A stretch of DNA of 64,000 nt from Vicinamibacteria bacterium (GTDB lineage Bacteria > Acidobacteriota > Vicinamibacteria > Fen-336 > JAGNNV01), in NCBI GenBank assembly GCA_019694155.1, contig JAIBCN010000181.1:6523-70522 (forward strand). Reading direction: 5' to 3'. A model generated the notes under the pieces. That model did no database searches. It was not told where the DNA came from and worked only from the letters and a program-made list of their open reading frames with translations. Below, piece by piece: positions 1 through 8,255 of this stretch (position 1 is the stretch's first letter; the number at the start of each line of letters is the position of its first letter). The position numbers were made by a program, and so were the translations under genes.

Positions 1-1
1 A

Positions 2-2263
2 CAGGGCTTCGACGTGGTGATCATCACGAGCGACAAGGACCTCCTGCAGCTCGTGTCCGAACACGTGAGCGTGCTCTCCCCCGGCCGCGACGGCAAACCG
101 GAGAAGCGATACGACCGCGAGGGCGTGATCGAAAAGATGGGCGTGCCTCCGGAGCGCGTGGTCGATCTGCTCGCGCTGGTCGGCGATGCCGTCGACAACA
201 TCCCCGGGGTTCCGGGGATTGGAGAGAAGGGCGCTCGCGACCTCATTCAGCAGTTCGGTTCGCTCGAGGACCTGCTGGCCCGGGCCGGCGAAGTGAAGCG
301 GGCGGCCTATCGCGACGGCCTGCTCAATCACGCGGACAAGGCGCGCCTTTCGAGAACGCTCGCTACCCTCGACGACAAGGTCCCGGTCACGTTCGCCCCG
401 GAGGCGAGCTTGGTGGCGAAACCCGACCGCGAGGCGGCCTACCAGCTCTTCAAGGAACTCGAGTTCACGGCCTTCGCTCGCGACATGGCGCCGGAAGTCA
501 CCGCCTTCTCGTTCCGGCACCGGGGGGCTCACGACGCCGCGGACCTCGACCCGGTCATCGCGGCGGCCCGGCGCACCGGGGAGGCGAGCTTCTCCCTGTC
601 GATTTCGGCGGACCGGCCCATGGACGCGCGCATCCAGGGCATCGCCCTCGCCTGTGGGGACGACGTCGCGTACCTGGCGGTTTCCGCCGAGCTCCCCCCA
701 AACGTCCGCTCCTTCCTCGAGGATTCGAAGATCGACAAATGGACGACCTGCTCCCGCCGGGACTACGTGGTTCTCGGTGAGGCCGGTATCGCGCTCGGCG
801 GCCGCATCCTCGACGCGTCTCTCGCGGCCTACGTTCTCTCTCCCGGCCGTCGCGGTTCGAGCGTGCGTGAGATCGCCATCGACGAAATCGGGCTTCCGGA
901 GACGGCCGATCTTCCGAACGAGGAAGGCACTCAGGCCTCGCTGCTCGCGGACCATGATGCGGAGCGGCATTCGCGCGAGGCCGCGGTGCTGATCCGGCTG
1001 GCCCCGAGGCTCCGCGCGAGGCTCGAGGGTGACGCGTTGATGGACCTCTTCATCAATCTCGAGATGCCGCTTGCGTCCATCCTCGCCGAGATGGAGCGCA
1101 CGGGCGTCCTGGTGGATCGCCAGGCGCTCAAGGCTCTCTCCGAAGAAATCGGTCCCGAGATCGAGCAGCTGGCCCAGCGCATCTACGCACTCGCGGGAAA
1201 GACCTTCAACATCCTCTCGCCCGTCCAGCTCCGGCAGATCCTCTTCGAGGAGATGGGCCTCGAGTCGGGCCGCAAGACCGAGAAGACGAAGACCCCCTCC
1301 ACCGCGGACGATGTCCTCGAAGAACTCGCCAAGGAACACGAATTCCCGCGGCTGATCCTCGAGTACCGCGGGATCACCAAACTGCGTTCGACCTACGTGG
1401 ACGCCCTGCCGGAGATGATCAACCCGCGCACCGGCCGCATCCACGCCTCCTTCCGGCAGAACATCGCCGCCACCGGGAGACTCTCGTCCACCGATCCCAA
1501 TCTGCAGAACATCCCCATCCGCACCGCGCTGGGGCGGCGCGTCCGCGAGGCCTTCATCGCCCCGCCCGGTCATCTGTTGCTGTCCGCGGACTATTCGCAG
1601 ATCGAGTTGCGGATCCTCGCTCACCTCTCCGAGGATCCCATCCTGATCGAGACCTTCCGCCGCGGCGAGGATGTCCACGACCGCACGTCGCTCGAAATCT
1701 TCGGCCCCTTCACCACCCTGCCCAAGGACGAGCAGCGCCGCCGGTCGAAGATGGTGAACTACGCCCTGCTCTATGGCAAGACCGCCTTCACCCTCGCCCA
1801 GGACATCGGGATTTCGCGCAAGGAGGCGGACGCCTTCATTCGCGCCTACTTCGACCGGTACCCGAAGGTCCGTGGCTTCATCGATGCGTCGATCGACGAG
1901 GCGCGGAAGACGGGGATGGTGCGGACGATGATGGGACGACTGCGCCGACTTCCCGACATTCAGTCGAGGAACGTGCCCGCGCGGCTCGAGTCCGAACGCC
2001 AGGCCGTGAACACGCGAGTCCAGGGTTCAGCCGCGGATCTCATCAAGAAGGCCATGGTCGATCTCGACCACGCCCTGCGGGAACGGAAGCTGAAGACGCG
2101 GTTGATCTCGCAGATCCACGACGAACTTCTGCTCGAAACGCCGGAGGCGGAGCAGGAGGAGGCGTTGAACGTCGTCAGGAAGACCATGTCCGAGGCCATG
2201 AGCCTGAAAGTGCCGCTCGATGTGGACGCGCACGTAGGGAAGAACTGGTCCGCCGCCCACTAG
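2..2263 (+). CDS. polA: DNA polymerase I, 5'-truncated at window edge; 3'-5' exo-like and polymerase domains present
   Basis: ORF 14..2263 continues upstream of the window. Pol A family motifs seen: RRxAKxxNFGxxYG-like (RRRSKMVNYALLYGKTAF), QIHDELL, DYSQIELR. Confidence 0.95.
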   Translation, partial: QGFDVVIITSDKDLLQLVSEHVSVLSPGRDGKPEKRYDREGVIEKMGVPPERVVDLLALVGDAVDNIPGVPGIGEKGARDLIQQFGSLEDLLARAGEVKRAAYRDGLLNHADKARLSRTLATLDDKVPVTFAPEASLVAKPDREAAYQLFKELEFTAFARDMAPEVTAFSFRHRGAHDAADLDPVIAAARRTGEASFSLSISADRPMDARIQGIALACGDDVAYLAVSAELPPNVRSFLEDSKIDKWTTCSRRDYVVLGEAGIALGGRILDASLAAYVLSPGRRGSSVREIAIDEIGLPETADLPNEEGTQASLLADHDAERHSREAAVLIRLAPRLRARLEGDALMDLFINLEMPLASILAEMERTGVLVDRQALKALSEEIGPEIEQLAQRIYALAGKTFNILSPVQLRQILFEEMGLESGRKTEKTKTPSTADDVLEELAKEHEFPRLILEYRGITKLRSTYVDALPEMINPRTGRIHASFRQNIAATGRLSSTDPNLQNIPIRTALGRRVREAFIAPPGHLLLSADYSQIELRILAHLSEDPILIETFRRGEDVHDRTSLEIFGPFTTLPKDEQRRRSKMVNYALLYGKTAFTLAQDIGISRKEADAFIRAYFDRYPKVRGFIDASIDEARKTGMVRTMMGRLRRLPDIQSRNVPARLESERQAVNTRVQGSAADLIKKAMVDLDHALRERKLKTRLISQIHDELLLETPEAEQEEALNVVRKTMSEAMSLKVPLDVDAHVGKNWSAAH

Positions 2264-2279
2264 GTAGAGCCTCAGGAGG

Positions 2280-3170
2280 CTACGTGGGGGGCGAGACTCC
2301 GGCGTCCCCGCGTCTCGCGGCCTCGAGGGCGTTGCGGAGTTCCTCCAACTTGCTCTGGACCTTGGCGCGATTGTCGGGCCCCATGCGGATGAGCATCTTC
2401 TGAGCCGAGGCCAGGGCCTCGAGCTTCGGATCGGCAAACCCGAAGGACGCCTTCTGGCGCACCAGCTCGAACCGGCGAGGCGACGGGGGGGTGGCGAGGA
2501 GACGGGCGAGGGCGCGGGAGAAGGTCTGATCGAATTCCCCTTTGGGATGCCCCAACTCGGCATACGCATCGTCGAAGAGGGGGCCGAGGTTCAGGAAGAG
2601 TCGCGCGGCGGCGGTCGCGTCGATGGATGCCACAACGCTCGCGAAGCTGTCGAAGCGGCGATAGCTCTTCGGGTCGGCCACGAGTGCCGTTCTCGGCCCC
2701 ATGGCCTGGAATCCGGCGGGCGGAGCGAGGTGCCGGATGTGCGCGCTCGGATCCTCGTCCTCGGCGATGTTGTCGACCGCGGCCACGAACTTCCGGACGA
2801 GCTGTTCGGGGAGGAGCCACTTCGCGAAGTCGCGATTTGCGGACAGGGCGGCGACGAGACTTCGGACGACGGCGTCGCTCGCGTTGAGCGCAGGCAGGTC
2901 GAGGCGGGGCTGAATCGGCGCAGCCGCAACGCTCGCCGCCGGAATGGGTGTCGGTGTCACCGCGGGCGTGGGAGAAATCGCGGGAGCACCGGAGCGGAAC
3001 GCGAAATAACCCCCGACCAGAAACACCACCAGCGTGATTACCGGAATTGCCGGATGGATCCCGGACTCGGGCCGAGGCGGCGCCGCCTCCGTGGCCGGAT
3101 CGAAGGTCTCATCGAATTCGTCGGGGCGCTTGTCCCGAGGCCGAAGGTCCAGATCGTCAAGGTCGTTCAC
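2280..3170 (-). CDS. DUF3014-like membrane-anchored protein (acidic N-terminus, single TM, roughly 230-aa periplasmic domain)
   Basis: 296-aa ORF. TM segment IPVITLVVFLVGGYFAF. Pro/Ala/Thr linker. Recalled similarity to the DUF3014 family. Convergent with polA. Confidence 0.6.
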   Translation of the reverse strand: MNDLDDLDLRPRDKRPDEFDETFDPATEAAPPRPESGIHPAIPVITLVVFLVGGYFAFRSGAPAISPTPAVTPTPIPAASVAAAPIQPRLDLPALNASDAVVRSLVAALSANRDFAKWLLPEQLVRKFVAAVDNIAEDEDPSAHIRHLAPPAGFQAMGPRTALVADPKSYRRFDSFASVVASIDATAAARLFLNLGPLFDDAYAELGHPKGEFDQTFSRALARLLATPPSPRRFELVRQKASFGFADPKLEALASAQKMLIRMGPDNRAKVQSKLEELRNALEAARRGDAGVSPPT

Positions 3171-3440
3171 GTCGCCTCCTTTCTTTCCCAGTTTTTTGAC
3201 GCGGAAGCAGGCTCGGGGGTCTTGCCTTGATGTGGGCGCCGACGATGCTCACCACAGCCTAACGCCCCACCCGGAACGGCGTGGGACGTTCGCGTCACGT
3301 CGTCGCTTTCATCCAGCCGATTTCGGAACCCGCAATCAGCCGACGGACCCGACTGGGCCGCGAACCCTACCTGCGCAAGGCGCGGGTAGGGTCAGCGGTG
3401 AGGCCTCGGTGGGCCGGCAGGAGAGCCGAGCGAGACCCCC

Positions 3441-3487
3441 AAAAAGCTGGGGCCTCTTTCGGATCCTTTCGGATCTTCAAGAGGCCC
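3441..3487 (-). terminator. Rho-independent terminator downstream of the fmdB-like gene
   Basis: Stem gggcctctt (3450-3458) pairs with aagaggccc (3479-3487). On the minus-strand transcript it is followed by CAGCUUUUUGGGGG. It lies about 55 nt after the stop at 3540. The loop carries a direct repeat of tcggatc. Confidence 0.5.
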
Positions 3488-3539
3488 TGTTGCGTCGAGG
3501 TGGGGTACTCGGAAGAGGTGGGGAACGTCTTTTGGGATG

Positions 3540-3917
3540 CTACTGACTCGTGTTTGCAGTCGGCGCCATGGCCGGGGCTGCGGAGGCAGCGCTTTCTTTG
3601 GGAGGGGAGTTCGTCGACGACTTGGAGTCAGCCGACGTTGGCGTGGAAGCTTCCTTGGAAGACGCGCCATTTCCCGCGTCCGACGATTTCGAATCCGACC
3701 CCTTCGAGGCGGCGTCTTTCGACCCCGCCCCCTCGGTTCCGGATTTGCCATAGTCGGTCACGTACCACCCCGAGCCTTTGAACTGGAAAGCCGGCGCCGA
3801 AATCAGTCGTTCGACGGCTCCCCCGCAGGTGGGGCATTCGGCAAGCGGATTGTCCGAGAACTTTTGAAGTGTCTCGAAACGACCGCATTTCTTGCAGTGG
3901 TATTCGTAAAGCGGCAT
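3540..3917 (-). CDS. FmdB-family zinc-ribbon protein with long Ser/Lys/Ala-rich low-complexity tail
   Basis: N-terminus MPLYEYHCKKCGRFE...CPTCGG is the classic FmdB CxxC-x(n)-CxxC ribbon. C-terminal about 70 aa is S/K/A/T-rich. Confidence 0.8.
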   Translation of the reverse strand: MPLYEYHCKKCGRFETLQKFSDNPLAECPTCGGAVERLISAPAFQFKGSGWYVTDYGKSGTEGAGSKDAASKGSDSKSSDAGNGASSKEASTPTSADSKSSTNSPPKESAASAAPAMAPTANTSQ

Positions 3918-4006
3918 GGTTACTGTCTTTTTTCAGAGAAGCGACCCAAGGAGCTTAGCATTGCCACCCTGATCGGCCGCAAAGCGCAAGAGGCCAGCGG
4001 TTCTCC

Positions 4007-5155
4007 ATGAAACTCATCGTCGCTTCCATACCGCTTTTCTTCATCCTCATCGCGATCGAGATGCTCGCGGCGCGGCTTCTGGAACGGCGTGTTTATCGCT
4101 TCGCGGACTCCTTCGCGGACCTGGGTTGCGGGATGATCGAGCAGCTTCTCGGCGTCCTGGTGAAGGGCCTCCTCTTCGCGGCCTACCTTGGCCTCTACGA
4201 TCGGGCGCGCCTCTTCGAGCTTTCCGAGGGATCCTGGGCAGTCTTTGGGGCCTGTCTTCTCGGGGTTGATTTTCTCTACTACTGGTTCCACCGGATGAGC
4301 CATGAGATCGGGGCCTTCTGGGCGGCTCACTCCGTTCACCATCAGTCGGAGGAGTACAACCTGTCCGTGGCCCTTCGCCAGGGCGCGTTTCAGAGTTTCT
4401 TCTCGTGGGTGTTCTATCTGCCGCTCGCCGTCATCGGCTTTCCGCCCGCCACCTTCATCACTTGCTCCGCCCTCAACACCCTCTACCAGTTCTGGATCCA
4501 CACCCGCCTCATCGGCAAGCTGGGCCCGCTCGAGTGGATCCTCAACACACCCTCGCACCATCGCGTGCACCATGGGCGCAATCCCCGCTACATCGACCGC
4601 AATCACGCGGGCTCCCTCATCATCTGGGACCGGATGTTCGGCACCTTCGTCGAGGAGACGGACGAACCGGTGTACGGAGTCGTGAAGCCCCTGCAAAGCG
4701 CCAACCCCCTGTGGGCCAATTTCGCGGGCTGGGTGGACCTGTGGAAGGTGGCGAGGAGCGCCCGTTCCATCGTGGATCGCCTGCGCCCGCTCGTGGCCGC
4801 GCCCGGATGGCGTCCCCTCGAGCAGGGCGGGCCCCTCATGCCGCCGGAGGTCAGCCGGCCGAAGGACGAGCCTGCGGCCCCGCCGACCCCGCGCGGGCTC
4901 GCGGCGTACGTCTTCATTCATTTCGCGCTGCTGCTGGCCCTGACCGCGGCGTCCCTGGCCCGCGCGCAGACCCTCGGCACGGCGCTCTTCGCGGCGATTG
5001 CGCTCGTGGTGGTGTCGAGCCTCGTCGTGCTTTCCGCCCTGCTCGAGCAGCGATCCTGGGCGCGCTCTTTCGAAGGCGCGCGGGTGCTAGCCGTTCTCGG
5101 CCTGGTCCTCCTCTTCGGGCCGGGCCTCTTCAAGCTTCTCTTCGGAAACCCGTAG
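4007..5155 (+). CDS. Sterol desaturase / fatty-acid hydroxylase superfamily membrane protein with extra C-terminal TM domain
   Basis: His-box motifs HRMSHE, HSVHHQSEEYN, HHRVHHG, arranged as in the FA_hydroxylase family. Hydrophobic N- and C-terminal segments. Confidence 0.85.
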   Translation: MKLIVASIPLFFILIAIEMLAARLLERRVYRFADSFADLGCGMIEQLLGVLVKGLLFAAYLGLYDRARLFELSEGSWAVFGACLLGVDFLYYWFHRMSHEIGAFWAAHSVHHQSEEYNLSVALRQGAFQSFFSWVFYLPLAVIGFPPATFITCSALNTLYQFWIHTRLIGKLGPLEWILNTPSHHRVHHGRNPRYIDRNHAGSLIIWDRMFGTFVEETDEPVYGVVKPLQSANPLWANFAGWVDLWKVARSARSIVDRLRPLVAAPGWRPLEQGGPLMPPEVSRPKDEPAAPPTPRGLAAYVFIHFALLLALTAASLARAQTLGTALFAAIALVVVSSLVVLSALLEQRSWARSFEGARVLAVLGLVLLFGPGLFKLLFGNP

Positions 5156-5824
5156 CGTTTCGCCGGTGTCGCCCGGAATGCGCACCGTCTCTCCTGAATC
5201 CTCCTTGGGAGGAGCCACGCAACGGCCCACCACCACGCGGGCCGCGCGCACGATGTGCTCGTCGAGGCGATAGCCGCGGACGAGCTCCCGGATCACCAAG
5301 CCGTCCTGCGTGGGGTCGTCGACGTCCTCGATCTGAATGGCTTCGCTCGTGTTCGGGTCGTAGGGAAGGCCAAGGGTGCGCACCCGGTCGAAGCCGCCGT
5401 CCTTGAGGACCTGGACCACCTGATTGCGCACGAGAATGAAGCCTTCCATGAGGCTGTGGCTCGCTGCTCTCGCCTCGACCGTGTCGAAGGCGCGGTCGAA
5501 GTTGTCGAGGATCTCGATGTAGCGGGCGTAGATGGTCTCCCGCTCGTTCTGAAGCTCGCGGGCCGCCGCCCGCTTCTGGCGGGCGAGAGAGGCTCCGATG
5601 TCCTGGGTCGCGCTGCGGTGCTTCTCGTGAAGGTCCCCGATCTGGGCGCGCAGGGCCTCGTTTTCCGCGCGCAGCGCGTGGTAGCCGGCCATGGCCTGTT
5701 CGAGCTTCGCCTCGGCCAGCCGCGCCCGCGTCTCCGTCTCCTCGAGCAGGGCCTGCATCTCGGCCGCCGCGGGCGCAGCTTCGCCCGGTTGCGGTGCAGA
5801 GTTGGGCGGATCTTCGACGGCCAT
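5087..5824 (-). CDS. grpE: Nucleotide exchange factor GrpE with acidic C-terminal extension
   Basis: Coiled-coil N-terminus, then a GrpE core (ERETIYARYIEILDNFDRAF ... LVRGYRLDEHIVRAARVVVG). Confidence 0.9.
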   Translation of the reverse strand: MAVEDPPNSAPQPGEAAPAAAEMQALLEETETRARLAEAKLEQAMAGYHALRAENEALRAQIGDLHEKHRSATQDIGASLARQKRAAARELQNERETIYARYIEILDNFDRAFDTVEARAASHSLMEGFILVRNQVVQVLKDGGFDRVRTLGLPYDPNTSEAIQIEDVDDPTQDGLVIRELVRGYRLDEHIVRAARVVVGRCVAPPKEDSGETVRIPGDTGETLRVSEEKLEEARPEEEDQAENG

Positions 5825-5842
5825 TTGGGGTAAGGGCTTAGG

Positions 5843-7117
5843 TTATCCCACTACGACTGTGACGTCGGCCACATTGGTTCCGGTAGGCCCGGTGACGATG
5901 AGGCCGCCGAGGCGCCGCAACGCCTCGTGGGAATCGTTCCGCTCGAGCGCCTCGTCAATCGACACGCCGCGCGCGCGGGCCCGGCCCGCGGTCAGATCGT
6001 CCACCAGGCCGCCGCTCGCAGGCGAGCGTCCGTCCCGGCCATCAGTCGCGAAGGCGGCGAGAACGGTGGGTTCCCGTCGTCGAGCGAGGGCTTCGACCGC
6101 GGAGAGCGCCACTTCCTGATTCCGCCCTCCAATACCGCGGCCCCGCACCCTGACCACGCTCTCGCCCGTCGCGATGAGACACAAGGGTCTACCCCGGCGC
6201 GCCGCCTCGAACCTGGCGAGGAGCGCGGAACCGCAGAGCCGGGCCTCACCTTGAAGCGCGTCCGGCCGGAGGAGAACGCGGAATCCAAGGGCCCTGGCTT
6301 CGAGTGCGGCTGCCTGCGCGAACGTCCTGCCGCTCCCGACAACTCTGGTTCGCGAGGCTGACACCGGGCGCGATTTCGGTGAGGGTTGCGCGAGGGCTCC
6401 TGCCACTCGCGGCGGCGGCGGTTCGGTGGAGAAGTACTTTCGAAGGACACTTAGCGCCGCGGGCCGTGCGCTTCGGTCTTCCACCGTGGGACCCGACCCG
6501 ATGGTGCCCGGATCATCGCCCGGCACGTCCGAGATGGCCAGCGTGAAGACGCGGGCGGGCGAGGCGAGGCGGGTGAAACCGCCGCCTTTGAGGCGAGAGA
6601 GCCTCTTCCGCACGGCGTTCATCTCGTGGATGGCGGCGCCGCGCCGCAGAAGCGCCGCCGTCATGCGTTGCTTGTCCTTCAGCGTAATGCCTTCGATGGG
6701 GGCTGGCATCAGCGCGGAAGCGCCGCCCGACAGGAGCAGAAGGACGACATCGCCCCGGCCCGCCGTCTCCAGGAGGCGGATCACTCTTCGGCCCGCGCGC
6801 AGACCCGCCGCGTCGGGCACCGGATGACCGGCGACGAAACTCTCCGTCCTTGGCATGCGCGGCGCCTTTCCAGGCGCAATCACGATGGCCGAGGCGAGCT
6901 TCTCCCCGAGGATTCGATGCGCGGCCTGCGCCATCGGGATCGCGGCCTTGCCCACCGAAACGACGAACAGGCGGCGCGGCGCCACGCGAGCGCCCGCGAT
7001 TCGCATAGCGCCGCCCTCTCTCCTCAGGTGCGCGCGCAGAAGCCGCCCGGGCTCCACCGCGGCGAGACCCTTCTTCAGGATCCTGCGCGCGGCTGAACGG
7101 AGCTGGGCGCGCGTCAA
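5843..7117 (-). CDS. Glycerate 2-kinase (MOFRL/DUF4147 family)
   Basis: 424 aa. Glycine-rich motifs (LLLSGGASALM; GGIGGRNQE) and the overall architecture of the MOFRL glycerate kinase / hydroxypyruvate reductase-associated family. Confidence 0.8.
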   Translation of the reverse strand: MTRAQLRSAARRILKKGLAAVEPGRLLRAHLRREGGAMRIAGARVAPRRLFVVSVGKAAIPMAQAAHRILGEKLASAIVIAPGKAPRMPRTESFVAGHPVPDAAGLRAGRRVIRLLETAGRGDVVLLLLSGGASALMPAPIEGITLKDKQRMTAALLRRGAAIHEMNAVRKRLSRLKGGGFTRLASPARVFTLAISDVPGDDPGTIGSGPTVEDRSARPAALSVLRKYFSTEPPPPRVAGALAQPSPKSRPVSASRTRVVGSGRTFAQAAALEARALGFRVLLRPDALQGEARLCGSALLARFEAARRGRPLCLIATGESVVRVRGRGIGGRNQEVALSAVEALARRREPTVLAAFATDGRDGRSPASGGLVDDLTAGRARARGVSIDEALERNDSHEALRRLGGLIVTGPTGTNVADVTVVVG

Positions 7118-8139
7118 GCGCCGATGGCGGCGAAGGGCTCGGCCTCGAGATTCGACCCCGCCCGGACGCCGCGGTCGAAAGCGACCGTGCCGGCCGCGCC
7201 GATCATCGCGGCGTTGTCGGTCGTGAGATTCAGGGGCGGCACGAAGAGAGGCACGGAGAGCGTCGACATCATGGCCTGCGCGTCCTTCCGCAGGCGGGAG
7301 TTGGCGGCGACACCGCCCGTGAGGATCACGCTCGCCGGCCGGTGGCGCTCGACCGCGTCCTTCAGGCGGCGCAGCAAAGCCGTGACCACGGCCTTCTGGA
7401 AGGAAGCGAGGAGATCGCGCACGTCGCCTGGGACGTCGTCACGAGACGCCACGGGAGGCAGGCCGTGCGCCTTCACGTGGTGCAGCACCGCCGTCTTGAG
7501 GCCGGAGAAGGAGAAGTCGGGCTTGCCGTCGCTCATCTTCGCCATCTTGAAGAAGACCGCGTCGTCGCGCCCGGTCGCGGCCAGCTTGTCTACGATCGGC
7601 CCGCCGGGGTAGCCGAGTCCGAGGAGCTTCGCGACCTTGTCGTAGGCCTCGCCCGCGGCGTCGTCGCGGGTGCGCGAGAGCAGTTCGTAGACCCCCAGTT
7701 CCTTCATCAGGAAGAGGCTCGTATGACCGCCCGAGACCACGAGGGCGATGGCGGGCAGGGGAATGTGGTCGAAGGAGAGGAAGGGGGCGTGGATGTGACC
7801 GGCGATGTGATGCACGGGGACGAGGGGCTTGCCATGCGTCCAGGCGATGGCCTTGGCGTATTCGAGACCCACGAGGAGCGACCCCACGAGCCCCGGGCCG
7901 TAGGTCACGGCGACGGCGTCGAGAGATTCGATCCTGACATTCGCGGCCCCGAGGGCCTCGTCGACCACGGGGCCGATGGATTCGAGGTGCCGGCGAGACG
8001 CGAGTTCGGGAACGACTCCGCCCCACCGGGCGTGGATTTCGATCTGCGTCGATACGACGTTCGAGAGGATGCGCCGGCCGTCCTCGACGACCGCAGCGGC
8101 CGTCTCATCGCACGAGCTTTCGATGGCGAGGAGTCTCAT
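7114..8139 (-). CDS. tsaD: tRNA N6-adenosine threonylcarbamoyltransferase TsaD (Kae1/YgjD)
   Basis: MRLLAIESSCDETAAAVV start. Motifs HIAGHIHA and GGVAAN. 341 aa. 4-nt overlap with the downstream glycerate kinase. Confidence 0.95.
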   Translation of the reverse strand: MRLLAIESSCDETAAAVVEDGRRILSNVVSTQIEIHARWGGVVPELASRRHLESIGPVVDEALGAANVRIESLDAVAVTYGPGLVGSLLVGLEYAKAIAWTHGKPLVPVHHIAGHIHAPFLSFDHIPLPAIALVVSGGHTSLFLMKELGVYELLSRTRDDAAGEAYDKVAKLLGLGYPGGPIVDKLAATGRDDAVFFKMAKMSDGKPDFSFSGLKTAVLHHVKAHGLPPVASRDDVPGDVRDLLASFQKAVVTALLRRLKDAVERHRPASVILTGGVAANSRLRKDAQAMMSTLSVPLFVPPLNLTTDNAAMIGAAGTVAFDRGVRAGSNLEAEPFAAIGA

Positions 8140-8255
8140 TGAATTTCTGAGGATAGAAGCTGCGCCGCTGAAACGCCGAGCGGCGGGCCCCGGTCGCTAG
8201 AATGGCCCATCGGGCGATTCCTCCAAACTCGACTTGCGCAAGGAGCCACTTCACC

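Noticed and set aside
3920-4921. 333-aa minus-strand ORF opposite the fatty-acid hydroxylase
   Set aside because: The sense strand carries the three His-box motifs. The antisense reading is a low-complexity artifact.
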